A program made the translations under genes and the position numbers. DNA of 64,000 nucleotides from Arcobacteraceae bacterium (lineage in GTDB: Bacteria > Campylobacterota > Campylobacteria > Campylobacterales > Arcobacteraceae): positions 9,308 to 73,307 of the forward strand of contig JBLWVX010000012.1 of NCBI GenBank assembly GCA_048268245.1, written 5' to 3'. The notes below the pieces were generated by a model. It made no database searches. It saw nothing but the letters and a program-made list of their open reading frames with translations, and had not been told where the DNA came from. How positions within the stretch are numbered: the stretch's first letter is position 1; each line of letters opens with the position of its first letter. Positions 20,242 to 32,352 of the stretch are shown piece after piece.

Positions 20242-22626
20242 TTATTGACAACCTGCACATTCCATACTTCTGTCTTCTACATCATTGTTAGCTTCAGGAG
20301 ATTGACTTCTTAGGTAGTAAGTTGATTTAAGACCTAATTTCCAAGCTAGTGTATAAATTTCATGTAAGTATCTACCACTTGCTTTATCTAAACTCATAAA
20401 GATATTTGTTGACTGCCCTTGATCAATCCATTTTTGTCTAATAGCTGCTGCTCTAATAACATTTAATTGATCAACTTCAAATGCTGGCGTATAGTAAGAC
20501 CAAGTCTCAGGGCTTAGTTTTGGAACAACTACAGGAATTAATCCTGATAAGTTTTCTTCAAACCATTTTCTTTTATATACAGGCTCAATTGCTTGAGTAG
20601 TACCAACTAAAATAGAAATAGATGAAGTAGGTGCCACTGCCATAAGATAACCATTTCTTATACCATCTTTTTTAACTTTTTCTCTTAACTCTTCCCAGTT
20701 GTATGCAGAGTCAAATAAGTCTCTATTTACTAAAGCTTTTACAGCTTGAGGTGCATGGTCATGAGGCATAATACCTTCACTCCATTTAGAACCTTCAAAA
20801 GTAGGGTAAGTTCCTTTTTCAACTGCTAAATCAGATGATGATTTAATAGCATTATAAGAGATTGCTTCCATAACTTGGTCAATCTTCTTAAAGTGCTCTT
20901 CACTTCCCCATACAAGTTGTTGCTCTGCTAGCATTTGAGCTTCACCCATTACACCAAGACCAATTGATCTTGATTTTAAGTTAGTAGCTTTTACTTTTCT
21001 TAATGGGTAGAAGTTTAAATCAATAACATTATCAAGCATTCTAACTGCAATTGGAACAACTCTTTCAATATCTTCTTTAGTATTGATTCTAGATAAGTTT
21101 ATAGAAGCTAAGTTACATACTGCTGTATCACCATCAGTTTTGTCTTTTTCTACAATAAATACTCTTTTTCCATCTATTGAATCAAGTGCTGTAACTTTGT
21201 TTGCTTTCTTTTCAATTCCGCCATCAACAGTGATTAATTCATCTTCTTCATAAGTTTTAATAGTTCCGTCTTCAAACTCTAACTTAATTTTATAGTGGTT
21301 AGGATTTGTATTTTGGAAAATCTCAGTACAAAGGTTAGAACTTCTAATATGACCTACATGTGAGTTTGGGTTTGCTTTATTTGCATTGTCTTTGAAACAA
21401 AGGAATGGAGAACCAGACTCAAAGTAAGAAGTAAGGATTTTTTTCCATAAATCTTTAGCTTTCATTCTATCTTTTGTGATATTTTCATCTCTTTCATACT
21501 CTTCATATCTAGCTCTAAATGCATCACCGTGAAGTTCAGATAAATCTTTTACTTCATAAGGGTCAAATAAAGTCCAGTAAGAGTCCTCTAAAACTCTTTC
21601 CATAAATAAATCTGTAATCCATAAAGAAGGAAATAAATCGTGTGCTCTTCTTCTTTCTTCACCAGAGTTTTTCTTAAGGTCAATAAAATCAACTATATCC
21701 ATATGCCAAGGCTCAAGATATACAGCAATAGCACCTTTTCTTGTACCTAACTGATCAACTGCTAAAGCAACGTCATTTGTGATTTTAAGAAATGGAACTG
21801 TTCCACCAGCAGCACTTTTATGGTCATCAATAACACCACCTAAAGCTCTTACTTGGTTCCAATCCCAACCAATACCACCACCATATTTAGATAATAGTGC
21901 CATTTCATGGTAAGAATCAAAAATACCTTCAATATTATCAGGAGTAGAACCTATATAACATGAAGATAATTGGTGTCTATTTGTTCTAGCATTTGATAAA
22001 GTAGGAGTTGCAAGCATAACTTCAAACTTAGATACTACATCATAGAAGTCTTTAGCTGCTTGTTGTTTGTTATCTTCATCTTGGGCTAGGAACATAGCAA
22101 TTGCCATAAACATTTGCTGTGGTAATTCAATAGGATTACCTTTTTTGTTTTTAATTAAATATCTATCGTATAAAGTTTTGATTCCAAGGTAATTGAAAAG
22201 TAAATCTCTTGAAGGATCCATATAATTATTTAAATCATCTAGGTCGTATCCTTCACCTAGATTAGGGATAAGTCTTCCAGCATCTTTACCATATTTTAGG
22301 TAATCTTTTAAATGGCAATAAGGCTCACCTTTGATACCATGAGTCTCTTTTCCAACTCTATGGTAAAGGTCAAATAAATAAAGTCTTGCTGCAGTAAATG
22401 TCCAATTTGGAACATCAATATCAATTTTTTCTACTGCTGTTTTAATTAGTGCATCTTGTACATCAGAACTCTTCATTCCATCTACAAATTTGATTTGTGA
22501 ATCAAGCTCTAATTCACTTTGAGATACTCCATCTAATCCTTCAGTTGCCTCAATAGTCATCTTTTGGATTTTAGTAATATCTAAAACCTCTTTACGACCA
22601 TTTCTTTTTTGAATCATAATTGCCAT
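20242..22626 (-). CDS. nrdA: Class Ia ribonucleotide reductase alpha subunit
   Basis: ATP-cone KRNG, ATP, LSSC, SNLCTEI, APTSS, KSTYY, C-terminal CxxC. Confidence 0.97.
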   Translation of the reverse strand: MAIMIQKRNGRKEVLDITKIQKMTIEATEGLDGVSQSELELDSQIKFVDGMKSSDVQDALIKTAVEKIDIDVPNWTFTAARLYLFDLYHRVGKETHGIKGEPYCHLKDYLKYGKDAGRLIPNLGEGYDLDDLNNYMDPSRDLLFNYLGIKTLYDRYLIKNKKGNPIELPQQMFMAIAMFLAQDEDNKQQAAKDFYDVVSKFEVMLATPTLSNARTNRHQLSSCYIGSTPDNIEGIFDSYHEMALLSKYGGGIGWDWNQVRALGGVIDDHKSAAGGTVPFLKITNDVALAVDQLGTRKGAIAVYLEPWHMDIVDFIDLKKNSGEERRRAHDLFPSLWITDLFMERVLEDSYWTLFDPYEVKDLSELHGDAFRARYEEYERDENITKDRMKAKDLWKKILTSYFESGSPFLCFKDNANKANPNSHVGHIRSSNLCTEIFQNTNPNHYKIKLEFEDGTIKTYEEDELITVDGGIEKKANKVTALDSIDGKRVFIVEKDKTDGDTAVCNLASINLSRINTKEDIERVVPIAVRMLDNVIDLNFYPLRKVKATNLKSRSIGLGVMGEAQMLAEQQLVWGSEEHFKKIDQVMEAISYNAIKSSSDLAVEKGTYPTFEGSKWSEGIMPHDHAPQAVKALVNRDLFDSAYNWEELREKVKKDGIRNGYLMAVAPTSSISILVGTTQAIEPVYKRKWFEENLSGLIPVVVPKLSPETWSYYTPAFEVDQLNVIRAAAIRQKWIDQGQSTNIFMSLDKASGRYLHEIYTLAWKLGLKSTYYLRSQSPEANNDVEDRSMECAGCQ

Positions 22627-22680
22627 TTTAATTACCTTGTTTGTATTTTTATCAATTTTTATTTAAGTTAAAGAGTATTC

Positions 22681-24009
22681 TTATTTGAATACTCTTTTGA
22701 AGATTGCATCAACGTTTTTAGTATAGTAATCGTAGTTGAAACACTCTCTGATTTGTTCTTCGCTTAATTTAGCTCTTAAATCTTTGTCTGATAATAAGTG
22801 TCCTAAGTATAAAGACTCACCTTTTTTGTTTACTGTTGGCTTACCTTCTTTAATCTCAGCCCATACTTTCATAGCATTTCTTTGAACAATTTTATATGCG
22901 TCTTCTCTACTTACACCTTGAAGTGGTAACTCAAGTAATACTCGCTGGCTGAATACTAATCCACCAGTTTGGTTTAAATTTTTCATCATGTTTTCTGGCA
23001 TTACAGTTAAGTTTGCAATTACATTGTTCATTCTATGTAACATAAAATCAGTAGTAATAAATGCATCTGGTAACCAGAATCTTTCACTTGAAGAGTGAGA
23101 GATATCTCTTTCATGCCATAAAGCAACGTTTTCCATAGCTGGAATTGCATGAGCTCTAATAGATCTTGCAAGTCCTGTAATATTTTCAGTTAAAATAGGG
23201 TTTCTTTTGTGAGGCATTGCTGAAGATCCTTTTTGACCTTTTGCAAAGAACTCTTCTGCTTCATAAACTTCTGTTCTTTGTAAGTGTCTTACTTGAACAG
23301 CAAATTTTTCAATAGTTGAAGCCATAGATGCTAAAGCAGTCGCTAATCTAGCATATCTATCTCTATGTACAACTTGATTTGAACAAGGTTCTGGTTTTAA
23401 ACCTAATTCTTTCATTGCATACTCTTCTAACTCTAAAGGAGCGTGAGCAAAGTTACCCATAGCACCAGAGATTTGACCTACAGAGATAACTTTTAGAGTC
23501 TCTTTTAAGTTTTTAAGATGTCTTTTCATTTCATCATACCAAACAGCTAAAGTAAGACCAAATGTAATAGGCTCACCATGAATACCATGAGATCTTCCTA
23601 CCATTAAAGTATATTTATGCTCTTTAGCTCTTTTTTTGATAGATTTCATAAGCATTTTTACATCTTTGATAACTAGTTTTAGTGAGTCTCTCATTTGTAA
23701 AGCAACACCTGTATCAACTGCATCAGATGAAGTCATACCATAGTGGAACCATCTTGATTCTTTTCCTAAAGACTCTGAAACGCTTGTATTAAATGCTATT
23801 AAGTCATGTTTAGTAATTGCTTCAATCTCTTCAATTCTCTCTACTGAGAAAGTTGCGTTTTTTACAATCTTTTCACAATCTTTATCAGGAATAAGTCCTA
23901 ATTTGTTCCAAGCTTTTACAGCTGCTTTTTCAACTTCAAGCCATGCTGCATATCTTGCATGTTGTGTCCAATGTTTTGCCATTTCTTCTCTTGCATATCT
24001 TTCAACCAT
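22681..24009 (-). CDS. purB: Adenylosuccinate lyase
   Basis: GRSHGIHGEP, GSSAMPHKRNP. Confidence 0.97.
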   Translation of the reverse strand: MVERYAREEMAKHWTQHARYAAWLEVEKAAVKAWNKLGLIPDKDCEKIVKNATFSVERIEEIEAITKHDLIAFNTSVSESLGKESRWFHYGMTSSDAVDTGVALQMRDSLKLVIKDVKMLMKSIKKRAKEHKYTLMVGRSHGIHGEPITFGLTLAVWYDEMKRHLKNLKETLKVISVGQISGAMGNFAHAPLELEEYAMKELGLKPEPCSNQVVHRDRYARLATALASMASTIEKFAVQVRHLQRTEVYEAEEFFAKGQKGSSAMPHKRNPILTENITGLARSIRAHAIPAMENVALWHERDISHSSSERFWLPDAFITTDFMLHRMNNVIANLTVMPENMMKNLNQTGGLVFSQRVLLELPLQGVSREDAYKIVQRNAMKVWAEIKEGKPTVNKKGESLYLGHLLSDKDLRAKLSEEQIRECFNYDYYTKNVDAIFKRVFK

Positions 24010-24172
24010 CTACAAATCCCCTATTATCTGTGTTTTCAAATTTTATTACATTTTTCTTATAATTTATGTATGATATGTTATCTAAAAAAGTCAAAAATTT
24101 TGATTAAATAAGATGAAAATTTTAACTAAAAAATATAAAAGAATTAAATAAGACAAAAATTGCCCTATTTAA

Positions 24173-25087
24173 TTGTTTCAGGAAGACAATTTGCCATTTA
24201 TTTTAAAGAAAATAAAAGCCGAAAAAGGTAAAAAATTAAGCCTTTTTCTGCTACAAAATTTAACAATACACCACACAAAAGCCCAGAAATACGCATCTAG
24301 AGGTCGTGTATTTGATGAAAACATGAATGTATTAAAACCAAAAGATATAATTGATACAGATTATATATACATGGCTGTTTTTGAGGGTGCTACAAGGGGT
24401 TTAAAGCCTCTAATTGAGTTTGAAAACTTTGCCATTTTTGATAAGCCAACTAACCTTATGGTTCACCCAATTTCTAAGAACACTAAATATTCATTGTTAG
24501 ATGAAATAAGATACCATTTTGGAGAAAATGCAAACTTAATTCATAGAATTGATGCAGAAACATCAGGACTTGTAATTGTAGGAAAAAACAAGAAATCTGA
24601 AAAACAATTAAAAGATATGTTTGAAACTAAAGAGTATCATAAATCTTATCTTGCAATAGTGGAGGGTGAAATTGATAAGGAAGTAACTATTGATAGTAAA
24701 CTTCAAAAAGAGGGTAAAAATATTGGTGTTAGAATGAGTGCAGGAGATGAAGGAAAAGAGTCATGTACTATTATAAAACCAATAAAATATAACAAAGAGA
24801 AAAATTTAACTTTAGTAGAAGCTCAACCAATTACTGGAAGACAACATCAAATAAGAGTTCATTTATACTCAATAGGACACAGAATCATAGGTGACCCTAT
24901 ATATGGAGTTGATGATGATATTGCAGAAGGCTATTTAAATAAAACTTTAGAGCAAAGCATAAGAGAAAAAGAAACAAAAGGCTCAAGACTTTGGCTTCAT
25001 GCGAACTATTTAGAGTTTACTTTCCAAGGGGTGGTTTATAAAGTTTTCTCTAAAAATAGAGATATTATAGATGAATTTAACTCTTAA
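24173..25087 (+). CDS. RluA-family pseudouridine synthase
   Basis: HRIDAETSG, TGRQHQIRVH, GDPIYG, LHA. Confidence 0.92.
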   Translation: MFQEDNLPFILKKIKAEKGKKLSLFLLQNLTIHHTKAQKYASRGRVFDENMNVLKPKDIIDTDYIYMAVFEGATRGLKPLIEFENFAIFDKPTNLMVHPISKNTKYSLLDEIRYHFGENANLIHRIDAETSGLVIVGKNKKSEKQLKDMFETKEYHKSYLAIVEGEIDKEVTIDSKLQKEGKNIGVRMSAGDEGKESCTIIKPIKYNKEKNLTLVEAQPITGRQHQIRVHLYSIGHRIIGDPIYGVDDDIAEGYLNKTLEQSIREKETKGSRLWLHANYLEFTFQGVVYKVFSKNRDIIDEFNS

Positions 25088-25491
25088 ATTAAAAGTGCTA
25101 TAAAAGCATACCTTGAAAACTTAGCAATAACTACAAGAAAAATAAAGAGTTTTAAATTAAATTTTAAAACTCCTGCTATGAAAGTAATAGGGTCACCTAT
25201 TATTGGAACCCATGAAAATAGAATACACCAAGCCCCATACTTGTCAAAATATTTTTTTGTACTTAAAACTCTTTTTTCATTTAAAAGCCTTTTTCTTACT
25301 AAAAACTCTTCCCCTTTTAAACCTAAAAAATAGTTTATTATAGAACCAAGCGAGTTTCCTAATGTTGCGAAAAAAAGTAGTAAATAAAGGTTATATCCCT
25401 CTTTTATATCATAAATTAGTAAAGCTTCACTTCCAAAAGGAATAAGAGTTGCAGATACTAAAGCTGATATAAAAAGAGTTAAATAAACCAT
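25084..25491 (-). CDS. YqaA/DedA-family membrane protein
   Basis: SATLIPFGSE, SWVPIIGDP. Confidence 0.88.
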   Translation of the reverse strand: MVYLTLFISALVSATLIPFGSEALLIYDIKEGYNLYLLLFFATLGNSLGSIINYFLGLKGEEFLVRKRLLNEKRVLSTKKYFDKYGAWCILFSWVPIIGDPITFIAGVLKFNLKLFIFLVVIAKFSRYAFIALLI

Positions 25492-26405
25492 TAGACTTTT
25501 TTCTTCCTTCTTATTTTAGGCATTTTCATAGGTGGCATTTGAGATAAAATAACCCCAACTAAAATTACAGCAGAAGCCGTAAGTTCAAAGGAAGTCAATT
25601 CTTCTCCTAAAATTATATATGCAAGTATTAATGTAAATATAGGAATTAAATTTACAAAAACTGCAGTTTTTGAGGCCTCTACTTTTGTTAAGGCAAAATT
25701 ATATAAACCATAACCACCTAAAGTAACAACTACACCTAAATATATAGTCCAACTCAAAGCCTCAACAGAGAATACCATAGGAGTATTAAAATACTCGTAA
25801 ACAAAGAAAGGAAAGAAAAATATTGCACCTATAAAAGCCTGAATAGCAGTAATAAATAAGGCTGAAAATTTATGTGTTAAATATCGTGCAACAATAGTAT
25901 ACCCAGCAGCACAACTCATAGCTAGTAATTCTAAAAAATTACCTAATAATGGATTTGGAGCTGATACAGAAGTAGTTGCATTTACACTTAAACTAATAAC
26001 TCCTATCATTGCTAAAGCTGAACCTAAAATAAGCTTTCTTGTAATAATTTCTTTTAAGAAATATCCAGCTGCCATAGCAGTAATTAAAGGCATTAATGAT
26101 GCAATCATACCAGCTTGAGAAGCAGATGTAAGCTGTAAAGCCTTTGCTTCAAAAATGAAATATAAACAAGGCTCAAAAATAGCCAATAATAGAATAAACT
26201 TAATATCTTTTTTTGTAAAATCATACTTCAAAAAGCTTTTTATGAAGTAAACAAAGCATAAGGAAGCTGCAAGCATTCTAATGAAGATTACAGTAAAAGG
26301 TGCTAGGTCATCCATAGCAGCTTTTAATGCAATAAAAGAACTTCCCCAAATAAACATCGCAAAAACAAGCGATAAAATACCAATTAAATTAAAATTTTTT
26401 GTCAT
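25491..26405 (-). CDS. DMT/EamA-family transporter
   Basis: IWGSSF, two EamA repeats, 10 TM segments. Confidence 0.9.
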   Translation of the reverse strand: MTKNFNLIGILSLVFAMFIWGSSFIALKAAMDDLAPFTVIFIRMLAASLCFVYFIKSFLKYDFTKKDIKFILLLAIFEPCLYFIFEAKALQLTSASQAGMIASLMPLITAMAAGYFLKEIITRKLILGSALAMIGVISLSVNATTSVSAPNPLLGNFLELLAMSCAAGYTIVARYLTHKFSALFITAIQAFIGAIFFFPFFVYEYFNTPMVFSVEALSWTIYLGVVVTLGGYGLYNFALTKVEASKTAVFVNLIPIFTLILAYIILGEELTSFELTASAVILVGVILSQMPPMKMPKIRRKKKV

Positions 26406-26554
26406 TTTTTATACTTTTTATATGAAATTTTTTGAAATTATATCCGATATTCCAAATAAAAAAATTAATTTATAAAAAGTTAAAGTTAATTTTAGTATAA
26501 TTTCGTTTCATAAAGAGGAACACTGAGAATATTTTTAATATTTTGAGTGCTCTT

Positions 26555-26647
26555 CTTTAGACCCTTACAATCATTATGTTGAGATAACGCCCCAGGATGG
26601 GAACATAGCAAGGCACCTCTCTTAGTGGTGTGTTTGGGTATCTGGAG
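26555..26647 (+). ncRNA. ffs: Signal recognition particle RNA (4.5S)
   Basis: Domain IV signature CAGG-ATG-GGAA-CAT-AGCA within a long hairpin closed by CTTTAGA/TCTGGAG; TATAAT at 26496-26501. Confidence 0.92.
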
Positions 26648-26678
26648 AAGAGTACTTTTTTAAAGTACTCTTTTTTTT
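26648..26678 (+). terminator. Intrinsic terminator of ffs
   Basis: AAGAGTACTTT/AAAGTACTCTT stem followed by a T-run. Confidence 0.8.
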
Positions 26679-26718
26679 GCACTATTAAAAAATCTTATAA
26701 CAGCTTTTTTTACTAAAT

Positions 26719-27381
26719 TTACACTAAATCTTGAAAATCTGATTTTAAAATTAGAAGTTTTTTATCTCTTTTATTATAAATAAACCTATTGTCACCATCC
26801 TGAATAGCTTTAAATATTATAATTTTTATCTCTTTTTGAGTTTTATTATATTTTTTCATAAGAACTGAAAACTCTTGTAAAGTCATTAAGTTCAAATCTT
26901 TTTTTTCAAAATTATCATTTGCACTGTTTTTAGCTTGATTATCTCGAAGATTTGTTAATTGAGCTGGTTGATTTTTATAAATAGTTCTCATTTCATTAAA
27001 AGCACTTTGAAGTAGCTTTATTTCTGAGTTAAATACCTTAATTATTCTTTTTTGATTTTTTTCTAATCTAATTATCTCTGATCTATACTGCTTTTTCATC
27101 CATTTCATAGAGTCTTTTAAAAGAAGTATTTGTTCATTTTTTACTTCAATAATAGATTGTATATGCTCTTCATTTTCTTTTTGAGTATTTGTAGTTTTGA
27201 CTGCCTCAACATTTACTTTGTTTATTGAAGCAGCTTTTTCCATTTCATCAGTGATATAAACATACGTTCTACCTGATTTTTTGATAGATTTTAATTGTTC
27301 TTTTTTAATTCTATAGTGTACACCTTGTAAAGAAAGACCCAAAATTTGGGCAGCTTGTGAGGTAGTAACTAATCTTTCCAA
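26719..27381 (-). CDS. HTH DNA-binding protein with coiled coil
   Basis: TTSQAAQILGLSLQGVHYRIK excisionase/MerR-like HTH followed by a heptad-rich region. Confidence 0.75.
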   Translation of the reverse strand: MERLVTTSQAAQILGLSLQGVHYRIKKEQLKSIKKSGRTYVYITDEMEKAASINKVNVEAVKTTNTQKENEEHIQSIIEVKNEQILLLKDSMKWMKKQYRSEIIRLEKNQKRIIKVFNSEIKLLQSAFNEMRTIYKNQPAQLTNLRDNQAKNSANDNFEKKDLNLMTLQEFSVLMKKYNKTQKEIKIIIFKAIQDGDNRFIYNKRDKKLLILKSDFQDLV

Positions 27382-27392
27382 GGTTTTAGTCC

Positions 27393-27776
27393 TTACATTT
27401 TTGCACTGTCAATTTCGATAACTGTATGTACATTTCCTCTTGGTTTAAAATCTGCAATAACTTTCATCCATTTTGGCTCTAATTTTTCATATAATGTATC
27501 AAAAATTTCATTTGCTGAGTTTTCATGAGAAACTTCTCTATACATAAATGTATTAATATAAATTTTTAAAGCTTTTAATTCTATAACTTTCTTATTTGGA
27601 GTATACTGAATTTTAATTGTTGCAAAATCAGGGTACCCACTTCTAGGACATTTAGCCATAAACTCTGGTAATTCAATATCTATAATATAGTTTTTATCAT
27701 TTGTATTTGGCCAGAAATTCTCTTCATTGTTAATATCAAATTCAACAATTTCTTTTTCACCATATTTCATTTCCAT
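27393..27776 (-). CDS. queF: NADPH-dependent preQ0 reductase (type 1)
   Basis: PEFMAKCPRSGYPDFA, ELKALK, SHE, PRGN. Confidence 0.94.
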   Translation of the reverse strand: MEMKYGEKEIVEFDINNEENFWPNTNDKNYIIDIELPEFMAKCPRSGYPDFATIKIQYTPNKKVIELKALKIYINTFMYREVSHENSANEIFDTLYEKLEPKWMKVIADFKPRGNVHTVIEIDSAKM

Positions 27777-27919
27777 ATCTTTTATAACCTTTATAATAAT
27801 TAATTTAAGCAAATTTTATCAAAATCTTACTTACAAATGTTACTAATTGAAAAAAAACATGAATTTAAGTATAATCGCTATACTCATGCTATAAAAATAT
27901 AAAAATAAAAGAAGGTAAT

Positions 27920-28936
27920 ATGGAACAAAAAATATATGATATTGTAATTATTGGTGGAGGTCCTGGTGGTATTGGTACTGCCATTGAAGCTTCAGCGCAT
28001 AAAGTCGGAGATATATTACTAATAGAGAAAACAGATAATCACTCAAATACTATTAGAAAATTTTATAAAGACAATAAAAGAGTAGATAAAGATTATAAAG
28101 GTCAAGTAACGCAACTTCAAGGAAATGTTGATTTTTATGATGGAACAAAAGAAACAACACTCGATTACTTTGATGATTTATTAGATAGCGAAAAAATTGA
28201 CTCAATGTTTAATACAGAAGTTGAAAAAATTGTAAGAGAAAGTGATGATTTATTATATATTCATACATCTTCTGGATTAATAAAGTCTAGAAATGCAGTA
28301 ATTTCTATTGGAAAAATGGGTAAACCTAATAAACCATCATACAAAATTCCACCCTCAATCAAAGCAAACGTTAATTTTAACCTTGATAAATGTTCTTCAA
28401 ATGAGAAAATTTTAGTTGTTGGTGGTGGTAACTCTGCTGCTGAATATGCATATGATTTAGCTGATCAAAACAACAACGTTACTATGGTTTATAGAAAGCC
28501 AGAGTTTTCAAGATTAAATGAAACTAATGAAGAAATCTTATATAGATACCATGGTGAAGAAAAATTAAGACTTAGAATGAATACTGATATTGAGTCATTA
28601 GAAAATGATTCAGGAAAAGTAAAAGTAAATTTTAATGATGGATTCTCGGTTATCTATGATAGAGTTATTTATGCAATCGGTGGAACAACTCCTGTTGACT
28701 TCTTAAAATCATGTGGTGTAGAAGTAAATGAAAATAATCAACCAATTTTTGATGAACATCAAGAAACTTCTGCAAAATGTGTTTATGTAGCTGGTGATAT
28801 TGCATTTAAATCAGGTGGATCTATTGCCATTGCTTTAAATCATGGATACCATATTGTAAATAACATTATTAGAAAAAGAGGAAGAATCTTCTCTCACACT
28901 GAAAAAGTAGCTAGCGTTTTAAACCCAGCAAACTAA
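27920..28936 (+). CDS. Thioredoxin-reductase-like FAD/NADPH oxidoreductase (FqrB-like)
   Basis: GGGPGG, FYKDNKRVDKDYKG, GGGNSAAE, AGDI; no CxxC. Confidence 0.8.
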   Translation: MEQKIYDIVIIGGGPGGIGTAIEASAHKVGDILLIEKTDNHSNTIRKFYKDNKRVDKDYKGQVTQLQGNVDFYDGTKETTLDYFDDLLDSEKIDSMFNTEVEKIVRESDDLLYIHTSSGLIKSRNAVISIGKMGKPNKPSYKIPPSIKANVNFNLDKCSSNEKILVVGGGNSAAEYAYDLADQNNNVTMVYRKPEFSRLNETNEEILYRYHGEEKLRLRMNTDIESLENDSGKVKVNFNDGFSVIYDRVIYAIGGTTPVDFLKSCGVEVNENNQPIFDEHQETSAKCVYVAGDIAFKSGGSIAIALNHGYHIVNNIIRKRGRIFSHTEKVASVLNPAN

Positions 28937-28940
28937 TTTT

Positions 28941-28966
28941 AGATAAAACACTTAGGTGTTTTATCT
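28941..28966 (+). terminator. Hairpin after the oxidoreductase gene
   Basis: AGATAAAACAC-ttag-GTGTTTTATCT. Confidence 0.7.
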
Positions 28967-28967
28967 C

Positions 28968-29104
28968 TCACAACAAAATGCCTTAATTGCAACTCAAGCA
29001 CATTATGCTGTGGAACAAACTGACCAAATGACAAAACTAGTGCTTAGCAGTGCTAATGAAAAAACTTTCATGGAAAAAATGAAGTAAAAGCTAAAGAGTT
29101 TTAA
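28968..29104 (+). pseudogene. 3' remnant of an MCP gene
   Basis: SQQNALIATQAHYAVEQTDQMTKLVLSSANEK then, after a frameshift, FHGKNEVKAKEF*; aligns by eye with the C-termini of both MCPs in this window; no start codon. Confidence 0.65.
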
Positions 29105-29111
29105 AAACTCT

Positions 29112-29276
29112 TTAGCTAGCAAAGTAATTTGTTAAATGAATACAATCTTTACAATTTAAACCTTTTTCATCTTTATTACAAGTAACACAAGGTCTTGGCT
29201 TATCAAATTCTCTTTTTTCTTTAACATTAGGATAAATTGAAGCTACATAAGAAATATTTTTAACTGGATCATACAA
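29112..29276 (-). CDS. 54-aa Cys4 (zinc-binding-like) small protein (not in ORF track)
   Basis: TTG start; MYDPVKNISYVASIYPNVKEKREFDKPRPCVTCNKDEKGLNCKDCIHLTNYFAS; weak RBS. Confidence 0.5.
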   Translation of the reverse strand: MYDPVKNISYVASIYPNVKEKREFDKPRPCVTCNKDEKGLNCKDCIHLTNYFAS

Positions 29277-29452
29277 TAGTTTATTTAATACTTCATCATA
29301 TAAATTTTGATTTCTTAGATATATTGTAAAACTTTAGTATTTTTTAAAATTTTTAAATTTAAGTATTATTTTTGGAAAAAGTTGAAAATAAAAGATAGAA
29401 AATAGTATATCAAAAGAGTAAAAAAACTTATAGTAACTAGTTATATAACAAT

Positions 29453-29863
29453 TTATGCAGCAGCTAAAACTGTTAAGTATGCTCCTTCTTGATATTTTTT
29501 TAATTCATTAGGAAACGCTATCATATTCTTTTTCTCAAATGCACTTATGCTTTGAGAGGATACTAGTGAACTTTCACAATAGCTATTTAATTGAATAAGC
29601 CCTTCCATTTTAAATGTAACTGCTCCACCTGCAAAGTTACCTTTTTTTGCTCTTTTTTTAATAAATAGTTTCTCTATTTCATTCTCTTCTAAAAAGCTAT
29701 TTACTTTACTTGTAAACTCTTTTATAGATTCACTTGATTCATCATCATCTAAAGTGATTTTTTTTATTTTTAGGTCAATATAAATTATAATATCATCATC
29801 ATTTTTCTCAAATACTGAAAAAATTGCATTATTTGCTTTTAATTCTACTCCACATAACTTCAT
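29453..29863 (-). CDS. DUF3010-family protein
   Basis: CGVELK...KKGNFAGGAVTFKMEGLIQL...KKYQEGAY. Confidence 0.82.
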   Translation of the reverse strand: MKLCGVELKANNAIFSVFEKNDDDIIIYIDLKIKKITLDDDESSESIKEFTSKVNSFLEENEIEKLFIKKRAKKGNFAGGAVTFKMEGLIQLNSYCESSLVSSQSISAFEKKNMIAFPNELKKYQEGAYLTVLAAA

Positions 29864-30001
29864 ATTAAATCCTTTTTGAAAATATGAATAATTATATATT
29901 AAAAAAGTAAATGATTGGTTTTTTATTTCAATTTGTAAGATTTTTAGAAAAGGAGACTTTTTAGAGACTTTTAAAAAGTCTCTTTTTAGTCTATTAATAG
30001 A

Positions 30002-32320
<2,319 letters not shown>

Positions 32321-32352
32321 CTATTTTTGTCCTTATTTTTATATATTTAAAT

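Noticed and set aside
20242..22626. Intein or intron in nrdA
   Set aside because: The short insertion after SNLCTEI lacks intein splice motifs and the protein length is ordinary.
27777..27919. preQ1 riboswitch upstream of queF
   Set aside because: No matching stem or consensus; the region is a short AT-rich divergent promoter.
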